This document shows positions 9,654-17,981 of a stretch of 64,000 nucleotides of DNA, in pieces. The notes under the pieces were generated by a model that saw nothing but the letters and a program-made list of their open reading frames with translations, did not search any database and had not been told where the DNA came from. The DNA is from Candidatus Woesearchaeota archaeon (GTDB taxonomy: Archaea; Nanobdellota; Nanobdellia; Woesearchaeales; ARS49): contig JACPID010000005.1 of assembly GCA_016188265.1 (NCBI GenBank), forward strand, positions 38,126 through 102,125, given 5' to 3'. Positions within the stretch are counted from its first letter, which is position 1, and each line of letters opens with the position of its first letter. Both the position numbers and the translations under genes were made by a program.

Positions 9654-12155
9654 ATGATGCGTGTTGAAGATGCAAAAAAAGCGTTGGATAAAGTATTTTC
9701 AGAGATGCAGAAAGTAATAGTAGGCCAGGAAGAGCTGCTTGGTGAAATGCTTATATCATTATTGTGCAACAGCCATGCGCTCTTGGAAGGTTATCCTGGA
9801 CTGGCTAAAACATTGGCAGTTAAAACATTATCAGAATTAATGGAATTAAAATTCACTCGTGTACAAAACACTCCTGATTTAATGCCTTCAGATATCACAG
9901 GAACTTATATTATTGAAGAAACAGGTTCAGGCAAAAGAAATTTTAAATTTCAGCCAGGGCCTGTTTTCACAAACATTCTCCTTGCAGACGAGATTAACAG
10001 AGCAACACCAAAAACTCAGTCTGCTTTATTAGAAGCAATGCAGGAAAGGCAAGTTACTGTTGGAAACATGACTTACAAGCTTGAACATCCTTTTTTTGTT
10101 TTAGCCACACAAAACCCTATTGAGCAAGAAGGAAGCTTGGCTTTGAGCGAGTCTGTATTTGTCAATGGGCAATTAAGAACTGGCAAGGAATTATTTGAAA
10201 TTGCTAAAGATAAGTGCATTGCAGAGGATGAAAAAGGAATAAAGTTATATGATTTAAATGCTTGGACTTTTGCATTGAACACATCTGGGAAATTAGAAAA
10301 ACAAAAATGTATGTTGTATACACTGCCTTATAAAGATGAACTGATAGCATTAACAACAAAGACAGGTAAACGATTGATTGTTACAAAAAACCACCTGTTC
10401 TTAATTAACGAAAATGGAATTATTTCTTGGAAGAAAGCTGAAGAGTTAACAAAAAAAGATTACCTTGTTAATCCAAAAAAACTCCCCCCTATAACTCCTT
10501 TAAATGTTATTTCACACGATGAAGCAATTTTGAGGATGAAAAATAAACAAGTTCCAAGTGAAATAACATTTGATGAAGATTTCGCGTTTTGGATTGCATT
10601 TTTGCTATCTGATGGGTACATCGGAGAAAAATGTGTGGAAGCTGTGCAAAAGAATTACCCGGAAGCTCTTGATAGATTTGTTGAAATATCAAAGAAGTAT
10701 GGATTTAACCCGAATGTGTTTACTAATAGAGGTTGCAGGTATGCTAGAATTTATTCAAAACCTCTTGTTGAGTATTTAAGCATTCGCTTCGGGGTAACTG
10801 GAGGAAAAGATAAAGAAATTCCTTCTTGGTTCTTGAGATTCTCTTCAGAAATGACTAAAGAATTCTTGAAAACATTTATTTCTTTAGAGTCTTCACTCAG
10901 AGATAATAGAATAGTTTTCACACAAAAAAGTGAGAAAAATACCAGCATAATATCGTACATGTTATTGCGTGAAGGAATTATTTCTTGGATAAAACACGAC
11001 GGAAGAGTTTTTAGGCTTAAGATTCAAGGTGAAGACTTCCTGAAGTTTATTAAACAATTTGGTTGGATATCTAATGACAAAATAAGGATGATTGATTTAA
11101 ACAGAGCGATTAAGTCAAGTTTTAGGGTTGTTCCAGTTGATAGAAAAGCAATTTTAAGATCAGTTGAACTTCTAGGGCTTAATAGCTTCCATACATTAAG
11201 CGGACATAAAAGTATTACTTCAAGAACTTGGTATGGAAGTTATAAAGGAATAAAAGAAGGAGAGACTGTGATGTCTGTTGATTCATTAAGAGATTTTGTT
11301 AATGATTTAAGAAATGAATTAAACAGCAGATACACTCTGGATTTCTCGAATTTATTGGAAAGTGATCCTAGAACATTTGCTGCAGGCATAGGAATGCCTA
11401 TGACTGAAATTTCACAACATCTTGAGATCTCAAAAAATCAAGTTTGGAGATTATACAGCGAAAACCATTCTTCAAGTGCAGTGCAAATCAAAACCTTCCT
11501 TAAAGAACAACAAACAATTTGCTTAGAAGAAGCTGAAAAACTCCTTCACTATTGTGAAGCATTGCTTAGCGAAGATGTATATTACGATGGGATTAAATCT
11601 ATTGAGTATGTTGAGCCGCAAGGAATGGCTTTTGGTTTAACTGTTCCGGGTTTACAAAACTATCTTGCAGGTTTTGGCGGATGTGGAATAAATCATAATA
11701 CATATCCTTTACCAGAAGCGCAGAGTGATCGTTTTCTGCTTAAAATAAAAGTTACTTATCCAAGCACTCAAGAGGAAATAGAAATTGTTAATCGAGTTGC
11801 TGAAGGAGCAGAAAATCCTGAACTAAAAACAGTTCTTAAGAAACAAGATTTGCTTGCAATGCAGAATTTAACAAAAAAAATTCCTTTGGCAAATGATATT
11901 AAAAAATATGCTGTTGATCTGGTTGTAGCAACTAGAGCGAAAAAAGATTTAATTGAATATGGAGCTTCACCAAGAGCATCTATTGGTCTTGTTTTAGCTG
12001 CAAAAGCGCGAGCTCTTCTTAATGGAAGAAAATATGTCAGCAAAGATGATATTAAAAATATGGCTTTTCCAATTTTAAGGCATAGAATTGTTCCAACTTT
12101 TGAAGCTGAACGCCAAGGACTTAGTGTAGAAGATATTATTAAAAATCTACTATGA
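9654..12155 (+). CDS. MoxR-family AAA+ ATPase interrupted by an intein (extein about 311 aa)
   Basis: Walker A GYPGLAKT and LLADEINRA (Walker B/sensor) in the N-extein; TYPLPEAQSDRF plus the conserved MoxR C-terminal region (VSKDDIKN...ILRHRI) in the C-extein; strong AGGAGG RBS. Confidence 0.8.
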   Translation: MMRVEDAKKALDKVFSEMQKVIVGQEELLGEMLISLLCNSHALLEGYPGLAKTLAVKTLSELMELKFTRVQNTPDLMPSDITGTYIIEETGSGKRNFKFQPGPVFTNILLADEINRATPKTQSALLEAMQERQVTVGNMTYKLEHPFFVLATQNPIEQEGSLALSESVFVNGQLRTGKELFEIAKDKCIAEDEKGIKLYDLNAWTFALNTSGKLEKQKCMLYTLPYKDELIALTTKTGKRLIVTKNHLFLINENGIISWKKAEELTKKDYLVNPKKLPPITPLNVISHDEAILRMKNKQVPSEITFDEDFAFWIAFLLSDGYIGEKCVEAVQKNYPEALDRFVEISKKYGFNPNVFTNRGCRYARIYSKPLVEYLSIRFGVTGGKDKEIPSWFLRFSSEMTKEFLKTFISLESSLRDNRIVFTQKSEKNTSIISYMLLREGIISWIKHDGRVFRLKIQGEDFLKFIKQFGWISNDKIRMIDLNRAIKSSFRVVPVDRKAILRSVELLGLNSFHTLSGHKSITSRTWYGSYKGIKEGETVMSVDSLRDFVNDLRNELNSRYTLDFSNLLESDPRTFAAGIGMPMTEISQHLEISKNQVWRLYSENHSSSAVQIKTFLKEQQTICLEEAEKLLHYCEALLSEDVYYDGIKSIEYVEPQGMAFGLTVPGLQNYLAGFGGCGINHNTYPLPEAQSDRFLLKIKVTYPSTQEEIEIVNRVAEGAENPELKTVLKKQDLLAMQNLTKKIPLANDIKKYAVDLVVATRAKKDLIEYGASPRASIGLVLAAKARALLNGRKYVSKDDIKNMAFPILRHRIVPTFEAERQGLSVEDIIKNLL
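10134..11699 (+). mobile_element. intein (522 aa) with LAGLIDADG homing-endonuclease domain inside MoxR
   Basis: The host sequence NPIEQEG|TYPLPEA is split by the insert. The insert begins with Ser (SLALSESVFVNG, block A), has TxxH (IVTKNHLFL, block B), a LAGLIDADG-like block (FWIAFLLSDGYIGEK), and ends GINHN followed by a +1 Thr. Boundaries are in frame (10134 and 11699). Confidence 0.75.
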
Positions 12156-13024
12156 TTGACATATCATTCCTTAAACAGCTTGATCGTTTGAGCTTGGTAA
12201 TCAACAAAAGAATAACTTCACAATATACTGGAGAACGCGCAACAAAATATACTGGCCAAGGCTTAATCTTTAAAGATTACACTATTTATGCTCCTGGTGA
12301 AGATTTTCGCGCAATTGACTGGAAAGTATTTGGAAGAACTGATAAACTATTTATTAAAAGATTTGAAGAAGAGAGAAATCTAACAATACACATAATAATT
12401 GATTTTAGCGCAAGTATGGATTTTAAAACTAGCAAGTTTAAAAAATCAGAATATGCAGCCATGCTTGCAATTGGATTTGCGTATATGGCTTTAAAGAATA
12501 ATGAAAGATTTGTTGTTTCTACTTTTGCAGAAGGTCTTGACATGTTCAGGCCTAGAAGAGGCAAAAGGCAATTAATGATTTTACTAGACCATTTGAATAA
12601 AAGAACAGCTCAGGGAATTACTAATTTTGAAAAATCAATTTCACAATATAAAGCATTAATTAATACAAAAAGCATGATTGTAGTGATTTCCGATTTTCTC
12701 TATGATGTAGAACAAGTTAAAAATACTTTAGCTAAATTTAAGAATCATAAAGTAAAGCTTATTCAAGTTCTTGACCCTATGGAAGTTGATTTGAATGTTG
12801 AAGGTGATTTTCGTTTAAGAGATCTTGAGACTAAAGAACAATTAAGAACATATATTTCTGGTTTTATGAGAAAAGAGTATGGGAAAAAATTAAGCCAGCA
12901 CCAGATTAATATCAATAATGCAGTAGATCAAATAGGCGCTGAATTTTATTCTTTTTCAACAGAAAAACCTATTTTTGATGCTTTTTATGAAGTCAGCCAG
13001 CACCAACACATGCATTTAGGTTAA
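12152..13024 (+). CDS. DUF58 protein (MoxR partner, vWA-like)
   Basis: FKDYTIYAPGEDFRAIDWKVFGRTDKLFIKRFEEE and IIDFSASMDF are DUF58 hallmarks; ATGA overlap with moxR. Confidence 0.7.
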   Translation: MIDISFLKQLDRLSLVINKRITSQYTGERATKYTGQGLIFKDYTIYAPGEDFRAIDWKVFGRTDKLFIKRFEEERNLTIHIIIDFSASMDFKTSKFKKSEYAAMLAIGFAYMALKNNERFVVSTFAEGLDMFRPRRGKRQLMILLDHLNKRTAQGITNFEKSISQYKALINTKSMIVVISDFLYDVEQVKNTLAKFKNHKVKLIQVLDPMEVDLNVEGDFRLRDLETKEQLRTYISGFMRKEYGKKLSQHQININNAVDQIGAEFYSFSTEKPIFDAFYEVSQHQHMHLG

Positions 13025-13059
13025 TTCAAATCAATTTAATCACCAATTTATTCTTGTTT

Positions 13060-13809
13060 TCAGGATGAAGATGCACATTCTTGCCTTTTTGCAAATCCAT
13101 AAACTGGGCGATTTGTTTGCTTATAGTTACAGCAATTGATGATCCTGTTTTGATTACATATTTTGTTTTTGCAGGATCGATACCCAATAGTGCTAGGCCC
13201 TCTTCTTCCAATTTCAGGACCGTTTTTCACAATAAATCCTGCTTTTTGCATATTTTCCTGCACAGTTCTTGCACAAGAGTATGTTGTCAAAACTCCTCCT
13301 TTGTTCATTATTTTGTAAACAGATCTGAAACATTTTTCTGTCCAAAGTCCAGGCTCTACGCTTGGCGAAAACGGGTCGTAAAAGCAAATATCAATTCTTT
13401 CTTGAATCTTTTTTATTTGTTTTCTTGCATCACCAAAAATTAATTGAAGTTTTAATTTATCTTGTATTAGTGGATTTTGATTAATTAATTTTTTTATTAA
13501 ATTATAATGCCTGAATTGGTCTGGCAAGTCCTGAATTTTATTCAAAAGTGTTTTATCAATTTCAAGCCCATAAATAATTAACTTTTTTTCATTAATTCCT
13601 AATACATCAAGCAAGCACGCTGTTTTGTATCCAAAACCAAAACAAAAATCCAGAATAACTAATTTGTCTTTCTTAAGCAGTTCAGTTGTTAATGCAGGCT
13701 TAACAAATTTAAGAAGAGCTTCCTGCCTTGCTCCTGCTATAGAATGATAGTGCCCTTTAGAATCATGCTTCAAAGTATAACTGCCGTCTAATGTTTGTAT
13801 AAGCTGCAT
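13060..13809 (-). CDS. MnmC2/DUF752-like SAM-dependent tRNA methyltransferase; the C-terminal tail looks like read-through
   Basis: ILDFCFGFGY, FGDAR and FYDPFSPSVEPGLWT match DUF752 (F-D-G-F-S-P...E-L-W). The last ~40 aa are Cys-rich low complexity and overlap the ORF at 13026-13211 in another frame. Confidence 0.5.
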   Translation of the reverse strand: MQLIQTLDGSYTLKHDSKGHYHSIAGARQEALLKFVKPALTTELLKKDKLVILDFCFGFGYKTACLLDVLGINEKKLIIYGLEIDKTLLNKIQDLPDQFRHYNLIKKLINQNPLIQDKLKLQLIFGDARKQIKKIQERIDICFYDPFSPSVEPGLWTEKCFRSVYKIMNKGGVLTTYSCARTVQENMQKAGFIVKNGPEIGRRGPSTIGYRSCKNKICNQNRIINCCNYKQTNRPVYGFAKRQECASSS

Positions 13810-13853
13810 AAAAAAAGAAAAATAAAAAGATTATTTAAGCATAACGCTAAAAT

Positions 13854-14054
13854 TCATCTAATTTTATTCAAAGGATTTTTTGTTTGAGGAATAAAATTTT
13901 CAAACAAAGCAGAATCTTCATAATAACGTCTGCCTCTGCCACCTAAAGAAAATTGGCCACTAACACTGCTTGCTTCAACCAAAACCAATCCAACCAATGC
14001 AACAATAGCAACTAATGCCAATAAAACAAGTCCAAAACCTTTTTCATTATTCAT
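13854..14054 (-). CDS. small pilin/archaellin-like protein with class III (type IV prepilin-like) signal peptide
   Basis: MNNEKGF|GLVLLALVAIVALVGLVLVEA has a [KR]G[FA] prepilin-peptidase-type site followed by a hydrophobic helix. Confidence 0.45.
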   Translation of the reverse strand: MNNEKGFGLVLLALVAIVALVGLVLVEASSVSGQFSLGGRGRRYYEDSALFENFIPQTKNPLNKIR

Positions 14055-14198
14055 TTAAAATCACCTCATTTTAACAGTAAAAAGGCATTATTCTATATAA
14101 AATATTCTGGCAAATTCAAGATAAATCACTGAAACAAAATTCAAGAAAAGCTAATCAAAACAGATAAAGAGAAATTTTCCACTACTAAATTTGTTAAT

Positions 14199-14552
14199 GA
14201 TTTTAATTTAGGCATTGGAGAGGCAGAAGCATTAGCATTTGCTTTCAGGGAAAAAACAATATTAGCAACAGATGATTGGCTTGCAATAAAAACTTGCAAA
14301 ATATTGAATGTAAGATTTATAACCGCAATTCATTGTTTAATTTATTTATATAAAAAAGGAAAATTAACTAAAGAGATTGCTTTAGAAAAGCTCAAAAATC
14401 TTGAAAAATATGGAAGATATAATATAGATATATTAAAAGATGCTAAAGAACTTCATACATCAATAAGCGAGGTTATAGATATGCTTGCTGAATTTGGAAT
14501 CAAATCACCAATAATCTATGATGATTATTTAGAATCATTAAATAATATATAA
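14199..14552 (+). pseudogene. C-terminal remnant of a DUF3368 (PIN-like) protein lacking its N-terminal half
   Basis: GEAEALAFAFREKTILATDDWLAIKTCKIL... matches the DUF3368 C-terminal consensus (GEAEAIALA...DD..AR). The frame opens at a stop at 14196 with no in-frame ATG, and the upstream 140 nt has stops in all frames. Confidence 0.5.
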
Positions 14553-14562
14553 AGTAAATTAT

Positions 14563-16083
14563 TTACCGTAATTGCTGGAATTTTTTTATTCCATGAATAA
14601 GTTCAAATAATGTTTGTCTTAAATCAGAGATTTTCACTCTTTTTTGATCAGTTGTGTTGCAGTCGCGTATAGTAGCACTGTCTTTTTTTAAAGAATCAAA
14701 ATCAACAGTTATACAATAAGGAGTTCCTATTTCATCCATTCTTGCATATCTTTTGCCTATGCTTCCACTTTGATCATATTGAACTGTATAGCATGTGCGG
14801 AGATCTTCATAAATCTCTTTTGCTTTCTGCAATAATTCAGGTTTGTTGCTAAGCAAAGGAAACACTCCTGCTTTAATCGGAGCAAGCGCTGGATGAAGAT
14901 TTAGCACAACATTTTCTCTTTTTTTATCATACATGTATGCATCAAATAATACAACTAAAAATGCGCGATCAACTCCTTGGCTTGGTTCTGCAACAACATG
15001 AGGAATGTACTTTTCTTTAGTTTCTTCGTCAAAAAGCATTAAATCTTTCCCTGAATATTTCATGTGCTGTTTTAAATCATAATCTCCCCTGTTAGCTATG
15101 CCTGTAAGTTCTTTGAAACCAAAAGGAAATTCATATTCCAAATCCCATGTATCTGTTGCATAATGGCTTTTTTCATCTGGCAAGTGCTGGCGTATTCTGA
15201 ACTTTTTCGGATTAACACCCAAAGAAATAAACCATTGATGCTCTTTAGCCAGCCAATAAGCATGCCAAGGCAAAGCTATTATTTTTTTATCAAGAACTTC
15301 TTTTATACTCATTTCTTTTGGTTTTTGATTTTTTTGCTGCATTTCTGCTGAATAAACAAAAAGAGAATGAGTAAGAACTTCTTTAATATAAAAGCACTCT
15401 TTTGCTTGTTTTGGATGAATAAAATACTCTATTTCCATTTGTTCAAATTCTCTGCATCGAAATAAGAAATTTCTTGGCGCGATTTCATTTCTAAAAGCTC
15501 TGCCTATTTGCGCAATGCCAAAAGGAGGTTTTAATCGCATAGTTTCTGCAACGTGCTTAAAATTTGTAAAAATTACTTGAGCAGTTTCTGGCCTTAAATA
15601 AGCTATATTTTCAGCAGTTTGTTTTGGACCAACATAAGTTTGCAACATCATGTTAAATGGAGCAGCTTCACTAAGTTCTGATTTACATTTATAGCATACT
15701 ATTTTATTTTGCTTAATTAGTTTTGTAAAATCTTCTGCATGCAAGCCTTCTGTTTTTATTTTCAAAATTTCTTCAATTAAATGATCTGCTCTGTAGCGTT
15801 CATGGCATTTTTTGCACTCTACAAGAACATCTGTAAAAGAAGCAACATGTCCTGAAGCTTCCCATATTTTTTTATGATTGACTACACTCCCATCTATGCC
15901 TACAACATCAGAACGATCATGAACATGAGTTTTCCACCAAGAATTTTTTATATTATTTTTTAGTTCAACTCCTAAAGGCCCATAATCAAAAAACCCGCTT
16001 AATCCATTATAAATTTCTGCACTTGGAAAAACAAAACCTTTTCTTTTGCAAAATGCAGCTATTTCTTCAATTGTAATAGTCAT
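14563..16083 (-). CDS. glyS: glycyl-tRNA synthetase (archaeal/eukaryotic-type class II)
   Basis: N-terminal GFVFPSAEIYNGLSGFFDYGPLG and the overall class II motif order; length 506 aa. Confidence 0.8.
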   Translation of the reverse strand: MTITIEEIAAFCKRKGFVFPSAEIYNGLSGFFDYGPLGVELKNNIKNSWWKTHVHDRSDVVGIDGSVVNHKKIWEASGHVASFTDVLVECKKCHERYRADHLIEEILKIKTEGLHAEDFTKLIKQNKIVCYKCKSELSEAAPFNMMLQTYVGPKQTAENIAYLRPETAQVIFTNFKHVAETMRLKPPFGIAQIGRAFRNEIAPRNFLFRCREFEQMEIEYFIHPKQAKECFYIKEVLTHSLFVYSAEMQQKNQKPKEMSIKEVLDKKIIALPWHAYWLAKEHQWFISLGVNPKKFRIRQHLPDEKSHYATDTWDLEYEFPFGFKELTGIANRGDYDLKQHMKYSGKDLMLFDEETKEKYIPHVVAEPSQGVDRAFLVVLFDAYMYDKKRENVVLNLHPALAPIKAGVFPLLSNKPELLQKAKEIYEDLRTCYTVQYDQSGSIGKRYARMDEIGTPYCITVDFDSLKKDSATIRDCNTTDQKRVKISDLRQTLFELIHGIKKFQQLR

Positions 16084-16158
16084 AAAGATTGATCAAGAAT
16101 AACTGATTTATAAACATTATTCTTTCATTGCGCTTATTTAACTGGTGGTTCTTGACAA

Positions 16159-16635
16159 TTATTTTAGTCTGTGAAAAAAACCTTTTTTTTCAGCATCACT
16201 CAATACTTGATATCTTTCAAGCAACCAAGCACGTACTTGTTTTTCATGCTTTTTCCAGTCATATTCTTTTAATGCTTTCACAACAGCTTCAGGTACAAAA
16301 TATCCTCCAAAACCAGCTGTATTTAATTCATACAAATCTCCTTGTTTTAGTGTTTCATAATAAAAAGCTAATTCTTGCACGTGGTGAAAAGCATTTGCAT
16401 TTATCCTGAAAAAAACATTATCAATTACATTTGCTTCAAAAAAATGATTTGGATTAAATAAAGGCAAAACACAAATAATTTCTATGCTTAAAGGTTGAGT
16501 AATCTCTGAATCTAAAGGAATATCTATGCCTGCATTAAATTTTGAATTGTAATGCTTAACTGTATTTATAATTTGGTCTTTTGTATCTCCTAAAAAAGTC
16601 CAGCATAATAAATTATAAAAATAATAATTATTCAT
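16159..16635 (-). CDS. hypothetical protein (probable ATG at 16635; the track start is TTG)
   Basis: ORF only; no recognised motifs. Confidence 0.3.
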   Translation of the reverse strand: MNNYYFYNLLCWTFLGDTKDQIINTVKHYNSKFNAGIDIPLDSEITQPLSIEIICVLPLFNPNHFFEANVIDNVFFRINANAFHHVQELAFYYETLKQGDLYELNTAGFGGYFVPEAVVKALKEYDWKKHEKQVRAWLLERYQVLSDAEKKGFFHRLK

Positions 16636-17134
16636 TTTTCTCCAATATAATACTATACGTAAAAACAATTGAAAATATAAATATTTGTATTACAGGGCAC
16701 TGACGCAGTGGTTTCGCTACATTTATTAAAGTGCTAAAATTACTTATGATTATGCATGATTTAAGAAAGGATTTAATTATTATGGGTGTTGCAATCGCTG
16801 TTTTGCTTGGGTCAGGGAATTTATCATCGTCGGACTTAGGTTTTTTTGTTTTTTTATACGTTTTTCAAATACGCAAAATTATGAATTCTGCGTATTATAA
16901 AAACGCAAGATTTAGAATATGGGTTGTACTTTAATAATTGATATGAGCTTAGTTCAATTGTTAAAAAATCAGCATCAGGGTTCAATACAGACAATGACTG
17001 AACCCTAAAGAAAAACATCAGAACCGAAAAATCTGGTTTTGAAAATCAAAAACAAAAAGTTGCATAACTCCAAAATTTAAAGCCTACATGCCTTAAAACA
17101 AGAATTCAAAAAGAACAGGGTTCAATGCTCAAAA

Positions 17135-17205
17135 TGCGCCGACCGGGAATTGAACCCGGATCTCAACCTTGGCAAGGTTGTGTTCTACCGTTGAACCATC
17201 AGCGC
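17135..17205 (-). tRNA. tRNA-Gly (anticodon GCC), 71 nt, CCA not encoded
   Basis: Cloverleaf read from the reverse complement: GCGCTGA acceptor, GTTC/GAAC D-arm, CAACC-TTGCCAA-GGTTG anticodon arm, CCGGG-TTCAATT-CCCGG T-arm, discriminator A. Confidence 0.85.
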
Positions 17206-17306
17206 AGAACTTTACGAGTTCCCTGCGTTCACTCAGTAAAGTTTTTAATTGTGAAGATATTTTACGGTATTATTAAAACTTTTGCTGGCAAAAGAGGTTT
17301 ATCATT

Positions 17307-17981
17307 ATGAAAACAGTTATTGTTAGTGTTGGCGGTTCATTGATTGTTCCTAGAAGTATTGATGTTAGTTTTTTAAAAAAGTTAAGGTTATTAGTTTTAA
17401 GACATAAACAAATTCAGTTTTTGTTTGTTACAGGCGGTGGGAGTACAGCTCGTAATTATATAAATTCTGCATCAAAAGTTACAAAGCTGAAAACAGAAGA
17501 TAAAGATTGGCTTGGCATTCATGCAACAAGGCTTAATGCACATTTGTTTAAGACAATTTTTCATGATTTAGCTTATAATAGAGTTTTAAAAAACTATAAA
17601 GAGATTGTTAAAACAAATAAGAGAATAATTATAGCTTCTGGTTGGCGTCCTGGGCATAGCACTGATTATGATGCTGTTCAGTTTGCATTGTTGTACAAGA
17701 ATAGTGTGATTGTGAATTTAACTAATATAGACTATGTGTACAATAAAGATCCAAATAAGTATAGTGCTGCAAAACCATTAAAAGATTTGTTGTGGAAGGA
17801 TTACTTCAAACTCATGCCTAAAAATTGGGAGCCTGGAATGCATGTTCCTTTTGATATTCATGCTTCAAAACTTGCAGCTAAAAACAAACTTACTGTTATT
17901 CAGATAAATGGAAATAAATTAAATGAGTTTCAAAAATATTTAGAAAATAAGAAATTCATTGGTACGGTGATTCGTCCATGA
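17307..17981 (+). CDS. pyrH: UMP kinase (archaeal type)
   Basis: VSVGGSLIVP, FVTGGGSTARNYI, SGWRPGHSTDYDAV and TNIDYVYNKDP match the archaeal amino-acid-kinase/UMPK motifs. Confidence 0.75.
   Translation: MKTVIVSVGGSLIVPRSIDVSFLKKLRLLVLRHKQIQFLFVTGGGSTARNYINSASKVTKLKTEDKDWLGIHATRLNAHLFKTIFHDLAYNRVLKNYKEIVKTNKRIIIASGWRPGHSTDYDAVQFALLYKNSVIVNLTNIDYVYNKDPNKYSAAKPLKDLLWKDYFKLMPKNWEPGMHVPFDIHASKLAAKNKLTVIQINGNKLNEFQKYLENKKFIGTVIRP

Noticed and set aside
16940-17134. Possible C/D-box sRNA or repeat (agggttcaat occurs twice; an 8-bp hairpin at 16977-17007)
   Set aside because: I found no canonical C box (RUGAUGA) or properly spaced D box, so it may be just a tRNA 3' flank or terminator.
17125-17310. 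61-aa ORF in the six-frame track
   Set aside because: It overlaps the minus-strand tRNA-Gly and has a biased composition; it is an artefact.
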